Shown here: positions 19,610-30,295 of the stretch, piece by piece
How positions within the stretch are numbered: the first letter of the stretch is position 1
How the letters are laid out: each line of letters opens with the position of its first letter
Source of the DNA: Marispirochaeta sp.
GTDB lineage: Bacteria > Spirochaetota > Spirochaetia > JC444 > Marispirochaetaceae
DNA: 64,000 nucleotides
Direction of reading: 5' to 3'
Assembly: GCA_963676835.2 (NCBI GenBank)
Contig: CAXXFF010000002.1
Coordinates: 672,001-736,000, forward strand
Program-made: the position numbers and the translations under genes
The notes under the pieces: model-generated
What the model was told of the DNA's origin: nothing
What the model saw: the letters and a program-made list of their open reading frames with translations, nothing else
The model's database searches: none

Positions 19610-20698
19610 CTAAAAAACTATATCCTCACTATGGATACAGTCTCCTTCTGCATGGATGGCTGCTCTGGTGAGTACCGCCGCAAGTTCCCGAATATTTCCC
19701 GGCCAGGGATGATCCATGAGCAGATCAACGGCCCGGTGTTCGATGCCGATTTCTTTGTCTTTAAGGAAGAATTCAATTAACAGAGGAATATCACTTTTTC
19801 TTTCCCGCAGAGGAGGTATGGTGAGGCGGAGGATATTAATCCGGTAATACAGGTCTTCCCGGAAGGTTCCGGCTCCAACCATCTGTTCAATATCTCTGTT
19901 GGTTGCCGCAATAAAGCGGGTGTCCGAGTAAACCGGTTCCCCTGCGTTTCCCAGAGGGAAAAACCTCTTCTCCTCTATAACTTTCAGGAGCTTTACCTGA
20001 CTTTCCGGCGGCAGCTCGCCTATCTCATCCAGAAAGAAGGTTCCTCCGTCGCTGAGTTCGATTGCTCCCTTACGGTTAACAGCGCCGGTGTATGATCCGG
20101 CCCGGGTTCCGAAGAGTTCCGATTCTATAAGCGCCGGGGGAAATGTTCCGCAATTGCCGGGAACAAACTTACCCTTATTCCGGAGGGATAAACGGTGAAT
20201 AATCTCTGCCACCAGCCCTTTGCCGGTACCGCTTTCTCCATTGATCAGCACCGGGTGTTCGTCGGGTGCATATTTGAGAATTTTTCTGCGCAGCTCAAGC
20301 ATGAGGGGATGTTTGCCTATGAGGGAGGCAAATTCCGGATGATTACAGTCATCAGGATCCGCCTGTTTAAAGCAGAAAATCCGGCTGAGCAGTTTTTCCA
20401 GTTCCCCGGGAGATACCGGCTTTTTCAGCCAGTCACAGGCTCCATGGCGTATGGCGTCGATTATGTCTCTCACCTTCTCCGGCGGTGCCAGAGCAAGGAC
20501 GGGCCGGGAAAAACTACGGCGCCTCAAAGTCTTTATGATACTTTTCCAGTTGCTGTGTTCTATATCGACAATTGAAAGGCTGCAGTTGTGGGAACAGTCT
20601 TCGTCCGAAGCACGAAAAAGAGTGCTGAACTTTGGCAGACAGGCTTCGAGAAGATCGCTGTGACCGGGGTCTGTACTATATATAATTACTTTTAACAT
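19610..20698 (-). CDS. Sigma54-interacting NtrC-family regulator (receiver + AAA+), no C-terminal HTH
   Basis: GESGTGKG, ESELFG..GSYTGA, FFLDEIGE, FREDLYYRI and WPGNIREL. Confidence 0.92.
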   Translation of the reverse strand: MLKVIIYSTDPGHSDLLEACLPKFSTLFRASDEDCSHNCSLSIVDIEHSNWKSIIKTLRRRSFSRPVLALAPPEKVRDIIDAIRHGACDWLKKPVSPGELEKLLSRIFCFKQADPDDCNHPEFASLIGKHPLMLELRRKILKYAPDEHPVLINGESGTGKGLVAEIIHRLSLRNKGKFVPGNCGTFPPALIESELFGTRAGSYTGAVNRKGAIELSDGGTFFLDEIGELPPESQVKLLKVIEEKRFFPLGNAGEPVYSDTRFIAATNRDIEQMVGAGTFREDLYYRINILRLTIPPLRERKSDIPLLIEFFLKDKEIGIEHRAVDLLMDHPWPGNIRELAAVLTRAAIHAEGDCIHSEDIVF

Positions 20699-20813
20699 AA
20701 CTTTTTAATTGGCTACATAGTACATTGCTCCTCCGGTTTTGACAAGCTGTTGCCTGCCTCCTGCTTTTACGCCATTGACAGATGGCCTCAGGGTAAGGAG
20801 AATACTGCTTACT

Positions 20814-21257
20814 ATGATTCAGGAACGTCCCCTTCTTCCGCTGTTTGACTATGGTTTTCTTAAAAGACTCTTTCTGCTTGTACTGCTGGCGGGTCTGCTG
20901 TTTATTGCCGAAATTGTGGTATTTGCCTGGTCTTTTAAGAATTTCTCCTTTGAACGGGTCCTCGCCATGACTGCAGCTACCGGATTTCTGGGCTTTTTCT
21001 GGGTTGTGACGGGAGTAAAGCGGCTTTTAAAGAAAATCCTTATCCAGATACATGAAGGGTTTTTTCCCGAGCCTCTGATTGTTCGTCTTCTGGGTATACT
21101 TTTTGGTGGCCTTATGGTTATGCTCCCGGGATTTCTGACTGATTCCCTGGGGCTGCTGATACTTCTCACTTTTTTCAAGCGCCTGGCCGGCAGGATCCTT
21201 CTGCGGGTCTATTCTGACCGGATTAAAGGCGCGTATGAATATCTTAAGCTTTCCTGA
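20814..21257 (+). CDS. fxsA: FxsA family membrane protein
   Basis: AEI, TGFLG and GG.M..LPGFLTD.LG signature. Confidence 0.75.
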   Translation: MIQERPLLPLFDYGFLKRLFLLVLLAGLLFIAEIVVFAWSFKNFSFERVLAMTAATGFLGFFWVVTGVKRLLKKILIQIHEGFFPEPLIVRLLGILFGGLMVMLPGFLTDSLGLLILLTFFKRLAGRILLRVYSDRIKGAYEYLKLS

Positions 21258-21996
21258 TACGGGCGATTAACAGCCTGAACCCGAAAAAGAAATAGATAAT
21301 ACCCCGTAAAAGACGCCAGGGCTTTTTGAGCAGCGTCGGGATGACGTAGCTTCCGCGTTCCCATGATTTTCGGGACGGTTTTCTCCGTTTGCCGGCAAAT
21401 ACTTCAAAGCAGTCGCCGCCGTAGAGACTGATTCCGCTGGAGAGGCTTTTCTGTTTTTCCAGGAGCCATTTATCTCCGCTTTTGATTCCCTTTCCGGTTA
21501 ACAGCAGGGATGGAGTTGCCTTGCGGATGGCAAGCATAATATTTTCCTCTGCGGGGCGTTTGTAGTAGCCCGCACAGCGTCCTACAATATTCAGCCCGGG
21601 AAAGGATGTCCTCAGGTTTGATGCGGAGGTCTGAATTACCTGATGAGAGCCTCCCAGAATGTAGATCGACTTACGGTAGTGTTCCAGCCAGCCGAGAAGC
21701 TTGATAATAAACTCGTAGGGCATGTAGGTTGCGGGTACGGGACGGTGAAGAAAACGGCAGATTTTGGCGACCCCCGGAGTTACCGGAATTACCAGACTGG
21801 CATTCATCAGTACCCGGCGGTATTCCTGATTCCGCAGACCCCGCATAAGGTCCCAGGTGGAAACCAGCACTATCTGATGCTTTTCTCCGTCTTCCAGCAT
21901 TCCCCGGACAGCTTCATCCAGCCCCTCTTCCGGCATGTGATGAACAGGTACCGAAAGAAAGTCTATGTGTTTTGCCCCGGCTACTTTACTTTCCAT
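21244..21996 (-). CDS. WecB/TagA/CpsF family glycosyltransferase
   Basis: IYILGGS, FPGLNIVG..AGY, FEVFAG and KPWRL.R. Confidence 0.85.
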   Translation of the reverse strand: MESKVAGAKHIDFLSVPVHHMPEEGLDEAVRGMLEDGEKHQIVLVSTWDLMRGLRNQEYRRVLMNASLVIPVTPGVAKICRFLHRPVPATYMPYEFIIKLLGWLEHYRKSIYILGGSHQVIQTSASNLRTSFPGLNIVGRCAGYYKRPAEENIMLAIRKATPSLLLTGKGIKSGDKWLLEKQKSLSSGISLYGGDCFEVFAGKRRKPSRKSWERGSYVIPTLLKKPWRLLRGIIYFFFGFRLLIARIRKA

Positions 21997-22736
21997 GCTG
22001 CAGACTCCCGCATAATGGTTTGAACCGCAGCAACAGCGTAGAGTGCCGCGGTTTCAGCCCGGAGAACGCTTTCTCCGAGGTACAGCGAATCATAATGGAA
22101 GGAGTCGAAAAGTTCCAGCTCTTCCGGCGAAAACCCGCCTTCCGGCCCGATAAGAACGGCAGCTCTGCCCTGTGACCCTGCCAGCAGGCTGTGCAGACTG
22201 GTATCTGATCTGGGTGTCTCATGGCATACCAGTACGCGGTCATAGTCTGTCAGGGCGTCTTTCAACCCGGCAGCTTCCATGGGAGGATGAATTATCGGTG
22301 CTGAGGGTGTTCCGCTCTGCTGTTGAGCTTCCCTGGCCACCCGGGTCCACCGTTCCAGCTTACGGCTGAAATCCTTTTCATCCAGGCGTATGTCGGAATT
22401 CCGGCTCAGCAGGGGGAAAATCTCTTTAACACCGCACTCAGTACACTGCCGGATAACCTGATCTAGCTTTCTGCCTTTGGGAATCCCCATCACCAGACTG
22501 ACCTCTTCGGCTCTTTCATGACTGCCGTCGCTCTTTTGGGGAAAGATGGAAAGAATAGTAGTATCTGTACTGATGGAGTCCACCCGGCAGAGGAATCTTC
22601 TCCCCTCCGGGTCGACAGCGGGAAACTCATCTCCTGCAGAGAGACGAAGCACACGGCTCAGGTAGCGGTGGTTCTTGCCCTGGAGTTCAAGGAGTTCTTC
22701 ACCATTGGACCCCCCGGGAAGGACAAACTGGCGCAT
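21981..22736 (-). CDS. rsmE: 16S rRNA m3U1498 methyltransferase
   Basis: RVLRL, CTECGV, EAQQQS, IGPEGGF and LRAETAA. Confidence 0.93.
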   Translation of the reverse strand: MRQFVLPGGSNGEELLELQGKNHRYLSRVLRLSAGDEFPAVDPEGRRFLCRVDSISTDTTILSIFPQKSDGSHERAEEVSLVMGIPKGRKLDQVIRQCTECGVKEIFPLLSRNSDIRLDEKDFSRKLERWTRVAREAQQQSGTPSAPIIHPPMEAAGLKDALTDYDRVLVCHETPRSDTSLHSLLAGSQGRAAVLIGPEGGFSPEELELFDSFHYDSLYLGESVLRAETAALYAVAAVQTIMRESAAWKVK

Positions 22737-23143
22737 CAGGTGCTCTGGCTGATCATCTGCACATGTACCGAGCGCTGCCGGGGGCCGTCAAACTCGGTCA
22801 GGTAGATCCCCTGCCAGGTGCCCAGGGTGAGTCTGCCTTCATGTACCGGAATGGTAACACTGGGCCCCATCAGGCTTGTTTTGATATGGGCAGCTGAATT
22901 TCCCTCACCATGGGCATATCCATCGTTGAAGGGAACGATTTTGTTCAGTTCCATCAGCATGTCCCGCTCCACGTCGGGATCTGCCGCCTCATTAATGGTT
23001 ACCCCGCAGGTTGTGTGGGGAATGTAGACAGTGCATATTCCCTCGACAACTTCAGCTTCCGCCACCACCCGCTTAATGCGGCTGGTGATATTCATGAAGC
23101 AGGTTCTGCTGTCGGTGGCAATTTTAAAGCTTCTGAAGGGCAT
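22736..23143 (-). CDS. yjbQ: YjbQ/UPF0047 family protein
   Basis: PHTT.G.TINE.ADPDV, HGEGNSAAHIK and LGTWQGIY..EFDGPR. Confidence 0.95.
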   Translation of the reverse strand: MPFRSFKIATDSRTCFMNITSRIKRVVAEAEVVEGICTVYIPHTTCGVTINEAADPDVERDMLMELNKIVPFNDGYAHGEGNSAAHIKTSLMGPSVTIPVHEGRLTLGTWQGIYLTEFDGPRQRSVHVQMISQST

Positions 23144-24552
23144 CAGTTAATCTCTCCGGTTTCAAGCATATCCACCGCTTTGTTCAGGACCTTGTCAAAT
23201 TCAAGATCGTACACAGGGGGGAAATCCATGCGGCGGTTATACTCACTCCGGATAAGGAAGCGGATATCCCGGTCCTTGAGATTGATCCCGCGGTTTTTCA
23301 GGTCTGTGATAAAGCTGTTTACCTTTGCAGCTGTTTCGGTGCTGTTTTCATTGACAAAATTGACAATCAGGTTCTCTTCAAAGACCTTCTGCAGTGATTC
23401 CTGCTCCGCTTCGCTCAGCTCATCAGGCTTGATAACCAGATCCGGCTCAACACCAACCTGGTCCACACTGACTCCTGAAGGGGTGTAGTAGCGGGCTATG
23501 GTTAACTTGAAGCCTGTCTCTCCGAACTCCCGTACCCACTGCACGGAGCCCTTTCCGTAGGTGGTCTCTCCGATCAGGTATCCCCTGCCGGTATCTTTCA
23601 TGGCTCCGGAGAATATCTCCGATGCGGAGGCTGATCCCTTGTCCACCAGTACGATCACCGGCATGGCCGCCGGCAGTTCAACCGAGGGATCTGCGGTGAA
23701 TACCCTGTTCTCATTGGGAATACGGGAGCGGGTGCTTACAATGGTGCCGGAAGAGAGAAACTGGTCCGCCACGGAAACCACGGAATCCAGCAGTCCCCCG
23801 GGATTCCCCCTAACGTCGACGATAAGCCCGGTAAAGTTGTTTTCCCTGAAATACTGAAAGGCTTCCCGGACCCGGTCGTCGGTGTAGGGGGTCCAGTCGA
23901 TAATTCGCAGATATCCGATAGTGCCTATCATATCTTTCTTCATGGTGGGGACTTCGATCACCGCACGGGTTATGGTTACGTTGAAATTGATAGAGCCTCC
24001 ACGGCGGATGGACACCTGAACCTGGGTTCCGGGAGTTCCCTTCAGGGTGTCCACTACCTCATCCAGGGTAAGCTCTTCGGTGGATTCTCCCTCGATGGCG
24101 GTAATATAGTCCCCCGCATGGATTCCGGCTTTATAGGCCGGAGCGCCTTCTATGGGGGAGACAACCTCGACAAACTGAGGCAAAGGCCTGCGCGGAGTCG
24201 GCTCCAGCTCCAGGGCGGGATCCGGTTTTGAGATTATAAGTCCTACACCGCCGAAACGGCCGGTGGTGGTATTCTTTAAAAGAGTCATGTCATTTTTACT
24301 CAGATATACCGAATAGGGGTCTCCCAGACTTTCAAACAGCCCTTTTACTGCGCCCATATAAAGTTCTTCTGCGTTTTTCTCTTCTACATAGTTCTCCTGA
24401 ACGTATCTGAAGAGAAAATTGAACATATTCAGATATTCCTGGGTCTCTGCGGTATCAACCTCGGCACTGAGAATGGGGTTCCCCAGGGATATCATGGCAA
24501 TTACCGCGATAAGGACGGTGGAAAGGATAAGTGGCAGCGGTCTGGACTTCAT
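23143..24552 (-). CDS. ctpA: C-terminal processing peptidase, S41 family (PDZ)
   Basis: LGDPYS, FGGVGL, DVRGNPGGLL, SASASEI, TYGKGSVQ and YYTPSG. Confidence 0.93.
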   Translation of the reverse strand: MKSRPLPLILSTVLIAVIAMISLGNPILSAEVDTAETQEYLNMFNFLFRYVQENYVEEKNAEELYMGAVKGLFESLGDPYSVYLSKNDMTLLKNTTTGRFGGVGLIISKPDPALELEPTPRRPLPQFVEVVSPIEGAPAYKAGIHAGDYITAIEGESTEELTLDEVVDTLKGTPGTQVQVSIRRGGSINFNVTITRAVIEVPTMKKDMIGTIGYLRIIDWTPYTDDRVREAFQYFRENNFTGLIVDVRGNPGGLLDSVVSVADQFLSSGTIVSTRSRIPNENRVFTADPSVELPAAMPVIVLVDKGSASASEIFSGAMKDTGRGYLIGETTYGKGSVQWVREFGETGFKLTIARYYTPSGVSVDQVGVEPDLVIKPDELSEAEQESLQKVFEENLIVNFVNENSTETAAKVNSFITDLKNRGINLKDRDIRFLIRSEYNRRMDFPPVYDLEFDKVLNKAVDMLETGEIN

Positions 24553-24725
24553 GAAAAGACTCCTTTTGGGCAAGACCTGTTACGGAATAGCTGGTTCCGA
24601 TTACATCTCTTTTTAACTTAATGTAACGTTATTTACCAATAAAATCATCTAGCTGACCTGGCACATTCAGAAGCTTCAGCTAATCTAACTTGACTGCACC
24701 CGGAGCAGTTCGTACAATCATGATC

Positions 24726-25199
24726 ATGATAAGAAATGCCCGGTGGCTTCTGATATTGTTTCTCTATGAAATTGTACGGCTTTTTCTGGTTTTTAACATA
24801 GCATCCGTTGTGTTTAACGGCGAAGGCTACCTGGATACGGGCATAATGATCTTTTTTACCGGAATACCGTCGCTGCTTTTTCCGGTGATGGCTCTGGCCT
24901 TCTATCAGAATCCGGAGAACCGGCCCCTGAAAACCCTGCTTGTTCTGGGAAAGGGGCTGATGTTTCTCTCCGGTCTGCCGGTGCTTCTTTTGGTCTCCTC
25001 CTTCGGTCTGATCCTGGCTCAGATTACCCCGGGTATTGTCTCTTTCCGTGTTCCTCCGGCGATTATTTCGTTTCAGGTAATGATATGCCTGGCAGATTTG
25101 ATTTTCCTGGTAGTTCTATTATTATTTAAACCGGCCCGGAAAGAGATTGTGTCCCCCGGTGTTCCGGCGCCCCCTGTAATTCGCATAGAGGAGGAGTAG
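24726..25199 (+). CDS. Hypothetical membrane protein
   Basis: Four TM segments; TTGACT-17-TACAAT promoter 7 nt before ATG 24726. Confidence 0.6.
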   Translation: MIRNARWLLILFLYEIVRLFLVFNIASVVFNGEGYLDTGIMIFFTGIPSLLFPVMALAFYQNPENRPLKTLLVLGKGLMFLSGLPVLLLVSSFGLILAQITPGIVSFRVPPAIISFQVMICLADLIFLVVLLLFKPARKEIVSPGVPAPPVIRIEEE

Positions 25200-26339
25200 A
25201 TGCAGGTTTTACCTATTGCCAGTGGAAAGGGTGGAGTAGGCAAAACCCTGGTGGCTACCAATCTCTCTATTGCCCTGGCCCAGGCGGGAAAAAAGGTTAT
25301 TCTGGCCGATCTTGATCTTGGCGCTTCAAACATCCACCTGGTTCTCGGTATGGGCTCGGTTCAGAAGGGAATCGGCACCTTTCTTGAAAACAGCAAGCAG
25401 AAGATAGAAGATATTATCTGCGATTCGGGTTATAAGAATCTGAGGTTTATACCGGGAGATGCGGAAATTCCCGGCATGGCCAACCTCAAGGCAAGCCAGA
25501 AGCGGAAACTGTTCAATAACCTCACCTCTCTGGATGCGGACTATCTGGTTATGGACCTCGGAGCGGGGACTAACAATAATATACTTGATTTCTTTCTCTA
25601 TTCCGGCAGAGGTATTATTGTTACCGCGCCTACTCTTACAGCAACTCTTAATGCATATCTGTTTCTGAAGAATGCAATCTTCCGGATTATGAGCGATTCA
25701 TTCAAACGTACTTCCGGTGCCTGGAAGTATCTGGAAAGGCTGCGCCAGGATGGTCAGTCCCTTCAGAAGGTGTATGTTCCCAAGCTTCTGGAACGCATGA
25801 GTGATGAAGATCCTGAAGGTTTTGATGTATTTATACGCAAGATGAGCCATTTTCATCCGGGGATGGTTATGAATCTTCTGGATGACCCCAAAGAGGGCTT
25901 AAGAGCTCAGAAGATACGACGGTCGAGCAAGGAGTACCTCGGCATCGATCTGGATCACCTGGGGGTAATCTACCGGGACCATCTTCAGGATGTTGCCCTC
26001 AACTCAAGGCTGCCCATAGTCATTTATAAGCCCCAGTCCATTCTCTCCCAGGCTATTTACCGTATTGCGGATAAGATCATTCAGGCCGATGAAGATAATG
26101 AAGGGCCGCTGGACCTGCAGAATATTGATGATTCCTATCTGACTGCGGAGATGGAAGCTGAGATTGACTTCGATGCCAGGGTTTTTGAGATGGAAGGCAT
26201 GCTCAACTCCGGAGCCCTCTCCTACGGGGATCTGGTTGATACCATAAAAACCCAGCAGTATGAGATTTCCAGAATGCGCAAGGAAAATAATCTGCTTAAG
26301 CAGAAACTGGTCAAATATATGCAGGAAGCAGCAAAATAA
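25200..26339 (+). CDS. MinD/FlhG-like P-loop NTPase
   Basis: Deviant Walker A SGKGGVGKT, DLDLG and DLGAG; C-terminal coiled-coil extension. Confidence 0.88.
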   Translation: MQVLPIASGKGGVGKTLVATNLSIALAQAGKKVILADLDLGASNIHLVLGMGSVQKGIGTFLENSKQKIEDIICDSGYKNLRFIPGDAEIPGMANLKASQKRKLFNNLTSLDADYLVMDLGAGTNNNILDFFLYSGRGIIVTAPTLTATLNAYLFLKNAIFRIMSDSFKRTSGAWKYLERLRQDGQSLQKVYVPKLLERMSDEDPEGFDVFIRKMSHFHPGMVMNLLDDPKEGLRAQKIRRSSKEYLGIDLDHLGVIYRDHLQDVALNSRLPIVIYKPQSILSQAIYRIADKIIQADEDNEGPLDLQNIDDSYLTAEMEAEIDFDARVFEMEGMLNSGALSYGDLVDTIKTQQYEISRMRKENNLLKQKLVKYMQEAAK

Positions 26340-26368
26340 AAGTTCCCCTCCGGGAGCATTAGGTACAT

Positions 26369-29344
26369 ATGGCAGAAACAACTGGCAGAGGGACTGTCGA
26401 CATTCTCCTGGAAGATCAGGGTTTGACGGCAATACTCAGCTTTTCTCCGGATCCGGACGGTCCGGAGCAGACTGGGGATACAATCCGTAATCTTCTCAAC
26501 GAGAAGGGCGTGCGCAATGGTGTAGACAGCGCTGCTCTGGAGAAGGCTGTTGCCTCGATTACAGGATCATCTTCTCTTCCTTCTCCTGTTGTAATCGCCA
26601 GGGGAACCCCTCCGGAACTTCCCGAACCCGCCGAAATTGAGTGGGAGGAGCTCCCGGTACCGGAGGATCTTCAGTATGATCTTTCCCGTACCCTTGAAAA
26701 TGCCCCGGCTCCGGAAGTGCATACCATTACCGTTGAAAAGATTAAACGAAGCCGCAAGGTTATAAAAAAGTCGAAGATTCCCTTTGCTGCACCCAAAGAG
26801 GTGGAGGAAGAGTACTTCGACAAGGTGGAGCGCAAAGAGAAGGTCTATGTAAACCCGGAGGTTATCGCCTCCGGTTGGTGTGAAGCAGGCATGGTCCTGG
26901 GGGTTAAAACTCCGGGGAAGCCGGGTAAACCGGGGAAAGATGTCTGCGGACAGCCGATTCCCGCGGCAGACGGGGAATCGACCTTCTACTGCGGTCCCGG
27001 TGTCAAGGAAACCTCCCAGGGCTATGAATCCCTTGAAACCGGATTTCTGCGCCGCGGCGCCAACTGGGTGGAGATTCTGCCGTTTCTGCAGCATAAATGG
27101 GAAGTAAGCCTTTCCGATGACCATAACACCTGCTATTTAAGCTTTACTCCCGGTGCCAAGGGGCTTATTCCTCCACCCGGTTCGGATATTGTCGCCAGGG
27201 CGGAGGAGCTTGGCTATCCTGCGGACAAGCTGCTGGGTACCCAGGATATTCAGGTTCTTGTTGCCGGCGCGGTAAAACAGGGGGAAGTGCTTGAAAAAGC
27301 ATCTATTTCTCTGGATGAAGACGGCTGGTTCGAGCTGCATACCTCCGAAGATAAGCTGAAAGCCTTTCTTTCCATGCGGAAGAAAAGGGGAAACGGAAAG
27401 CCTCTGGTACTCAAGGAGGTTGGGACTTCAATTCTAAGTGCCGGTCTCAAATCTCTGGACAAACAGGCTGTGCAGCAGGCCATTCTTGATTTCTACCGCA
27501 GCCCCGATTCTGAACTGAAGAATCATCTGCTTTCAGAGGGCAAGGAGGCGGCTGCCGGAGAGGACGGGAGTTTTGAACTTCAGGTAACCTACATGCCCCA
27601 GACTGACTGCGATGCCATTACCGCACGGATGACCGAACTGAAAGAGCAGGGATCGATGAGCCTCGATTCCTGGGCCGATTTTGACATTGAACAGGTGCAG
27701 AAGATGGCCCTGGTTAAAAAAGATCAGCTTATCGGTCAGATGTTTGCTGGAAAGTCGGGCGATCCGGGGTTTGATGTTTTCGGCAACCGTATAGACCCGC
27801 CGCCGGGAAAGGATGCGGGGGTAAAGACCTATGAAGGCCTTAAGGTTGAACGGGGCATGCTCATAGCTCAGATAGACGGGGTTATGGAGTTGGCCGAGAT
27901 TGACGGAGCAACCTTCTTAAGGCTTCATCCTCACCGCAGTGCCGCCGTATCCATTTCTCTTTCCGAAGACCGGATGAAGGCTTTTCTGACTATTTCGCCT
28001 ATTGAAGGCAGCGGTTTTGTCGCCACGGAAAAGCAGATTAATGAAGAAATAAAGAAAGCCGGAATCCTCAAAGGGCTGATGGAAGAAAAGGTGAAGGCTA
28101 TTTCCTCGTCAGCCCTTACGGGAGAGCATATTCTTGATGAGATTATCGCAGAGGGTACCGCGCCGCAGGATGCAGGCAGTGTAGAGGTTGAAATGAAGGT
28201 TCACCTTGCAAGCGGGCATGGTGTATCCATTGCAAAAGACGGCCATGCCGATTACAGAAGTCAGGACCGGATTACTGTAGTAAGTGAGGGCGATCTGCTG
28301 GCCGAAGTCCGGGTGCCCCAGGGAGGGGCTGAGCCTGGATGGGATGTCACCGGAAAAACCCTCAATGCCCGGGAACTTAAACAGGTGCCCTTATCTGCGG
28401 GTAATAATATTGATGTAAAAGAGGAAGAGGAGGGGATTACCCGCTATTATGCCAGGGTATCCGGAGCTCTGACGAATGAGAATAATGTGCTTGAAATAAA
28501 AGATGCCCATTTTGTGCCCGGTGATGTAGATATGAAAACGGGCAATGTTAAATTTAACGGCCCGGTTACGGTGAAAGGTTCTGTAATGCCCGGGTTTGTG
28601 GTTTTTGCCGCGGGAGATCTGCAGGTGGGCGGCATTGTAGACGGTGCGCTTCTCTCCGCAGATGGTTCCATTACCGTGGCTAACGGAGTAAAAGGCGCCG
28701 GAAAGGCGGTTCTCAGGGCCAAGCAGAATATTGCCGCCGGCTTTATTGAACAGGCTCATGCCATGGCAGTGGGTGATATCCGGGTAAAAAATTCCTGTTT
28801 GAGATCGAATGTCCGCTGTAACGGGCGGCTTACCCTTATAAGTGACAAGGGAAACTTTACCGGAGGCAACCTTAAATGCCGACGGGGTGCGGAGGTTCAG
28901 AACCTCGGGCACCCCAATGGTGTTCCTACCAAGGTCTTTTTCGGCCAGGATTACCTGATTGCAGACAGAATACAGGTGGAAGAGAAGGAAATTGCCAAAA
29001 CCAGGCAGAATGTGGCGAAAATAGATATGATACTTCACCGTCTGGAGGCAGCGGGGGAGAAAACCAAGCTCGCCCGGGCGCGTCAGGAAAAACTGAAGTT
29101 TGTGAAGCTCATTGAGAAACTGAGTCTGCGGCTGTTTACCCTGCGGGAAAAATTTGAGGAGCACTTTCCCTCGGAGATTGTAGTCCGCGGAACCCTTTTC
29201 CCGGGGGTGGTCTTTGAAAGCCACGGAAGGTATTATGAGGTGGATTCACCAAAAAAGTCTGTTATTGTCTATTTTGATCCCGATACCGGAAGGATCCAGA
29301 CAAAGCCGCTGGAAAAGGCGGCTAAAGATGACAAGGAGAAATAA
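26369..29344 (+). CDS. FapA family (DUF342) protein with repeated N-terminal domains
   Basis: Repeated S.D.M/L.A.L and G..G.DV.G modules; GDVDMKTGNV.F.G.V.V.G beta-helix. Confidence 0.85.
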   Translation: MAETTGRGTVDILLEDQGLTAILSFSPDPDGPEQTGDTIRNLLNEKGVRNGVDSAALEKAVASITGSSSLPSPVVIARGTPPELPEPAEIEWEELPVPEDLQYDLSRTLENAPAPEVHTITVEKIKRSRKVIKKSKIPFAAPKEVEEEYFDKVERKEKVYVNPEVIASGWCEAGMVLGVKTPGKPGKPGKDVCGQPIPAADGESTFYCGPGVKETSQGYESLETGFLRRGANWVEILPFLQHKWEVSLSDDHNTCYLSFTPGAKGLIPPPGSDIVARAEELGYPADKLLGTQDIQVLVAGAVKQGEVLEKASISLDEDGWFELHTSEDKLKAFLSMRKKRGNGKPLVLKEVGTSILSAGLKSLDKQAVQQAILDFYRSPDSELKNHLLSEGKEAAAGEDGSFELQVTYMPQTDCDAITARMTELKEQGSMSLDSWADFDIEQVQKMALVKKDQLIGQMFAGKSGDPGFDVFGNRIDPPPGKDAGVKTYEGLKVERGMLIAQIDGVMELAEIDGATFLRLHPHRSAAVSISLSEDRMKAFLTISPIEGSGFVATEKQINEEIKKAGILKGLMEEKVKAISSSALTGEHILDEIIAEGTAPQDAGSVEVEMKVHLASGHGVSIAKDGHADYRSQDRITVVSEGDLLAEVRVPQGGAEPGWDVTGKTLNARELKQVPLSAGNNIDVKEEEEGITRYYARVSGALTNENNVLEIKDAHFVPGDVDMKTGNVKFNGPVTVKGSVMPGFVVFAAGDLQVGGIVDGALLSADGSITVANGVKGAGKAVLRAKQNIAAGFIEQAHAMAVGDIRVKNSCLRSNVRCNGRLTLISDKGNFTGGNLKCRRGAEVQNLGHPNGVPTKVFFGQDYLIADRIQVEEKEIAKTRQNVAKIDMILHRLEAAGEKTKLARARQEKLKFVKLIEKLSLRLFTLREKFEEHFPSEIVVRGTLFPGVVFESHGRYYEVDSPKKSVIVYFDPDTGRIQTKPLEKAAKDDKEK

Positions 29345-30279
29345 TGCCCCTGCCATTCATTCATTTTCCCGACTGGATCTCTCCTGAGATAATTCCAGGT
29401 CTGCCGGTCCGCTGGTACGGCCTTATGTACCTTCTTGCCTTTTCCACAGCCTATGTGCTGGTACGGTTTCAGCTGAAAAAAGAGGAACCAGGGGCATCGA
29501 CAGAAATAATCGGTGACCTGTTTTTCTGGGTAATCCTCGGACTTCTCTTAGGTGCACGGCTGGTCTCTTCTCTTGTGTACGACACCACAGGCGAGTACTG
29601 GACAAAGCCCTGGCTTATCTTCTGGCCCTTTGATCAGCAGATGAATTTTACCGGTCTGCAGGGGATGTCTTTTCACGGAGGGCTCATCGGCGCAGTTGTC
29701 GGTGCGGCGCTGTTCTGCAGAAGACGTGGAATTTCCATGCTCCTCTGGACCGACAGAATAACCGCGGCGGTCCCTCTGGGGTATACCTTCGGCCGGTTGG
29801 GTAACTTTATCAACGGCGAGCTTTTCGGGCGCGTTACCGAAGCGCCCTGGGGAATGATCTTTCCCCATGCGGAACGTTTTCCCCGCAGTTTCCCCTGGGT
29901 GGCGGAAATTGCCGGAAGGCTTCATCTGACCGGAACCACCGCCGTCAATCTTCCCCGGCATCCCAGCCAGTTGTATGAAGCCTTTGGAGAGGGTCTGTTG
30001 CTTTGGCTTTTTCTCTGGTTTGTTATTCGGCCGGGGAAAAAATTCAACGGGTTTATATTCTCCTGGTACCTCATGGGCTATGGTGCCGTCCGCTTTGTAA
30101 TTGAATATTTCCGCCAGCCCGATACCAATATCGGGTTTATCCTCCGTCTTGGACCGGATCTCTCCATTTATCAGCCCGGCAGCTGGCTTAATTTCAGCCT
30201 GGGACAGCTTTTCTGTCTGCTGATGATCATAGCCGGCGGGGCAAGTTACTATCTTACCCGTAGGAAAGCACTTAGCTGA
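29344..30279 (+). CDS. lgt: Prolipoprotein diacylglyceryl transferase
   Basis: RWYGLMY, GMSFHGG, GRLGNFINGEL.GR and RHPSQLYE. Confidence 0.97.
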   Translation: MPLPFIHFPDWISPEIIPGLPVRWYGLMYLLAFSTAYVLVRFQLKKEEPGASTEIIGDLFFWVILGLLLGARLVSSLVYDTTGEYWTKPWLIFWPFDQQMNFTGLQGMSFHGGLIGAVVGAALFCRRRGISMLLWTDRITAAVPLGYTFGRLGNFINGELFGRVTEAPWGMIFPHAERFPRSFPWVAEIAGRLHLTGTTAVNLPRHPSQLYEAFGEGLLLWLFLWFVIRPGKKFNGFIFSWYLMGYGAVRFVIEYFRQPDTNIGFILRLGPDLSIYQPGSWLNFSLGQLFCLLMIIAGGASYYLTRRKALS

Positions 30280-30295
30280 TCTTTTCTCCCAGCTT

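Noticed and set aside
20690..20717. dif site
   Set aside because: TTATGTTAAA matches the XerD arm but overlaps a start codon, and there is no XerC arm.
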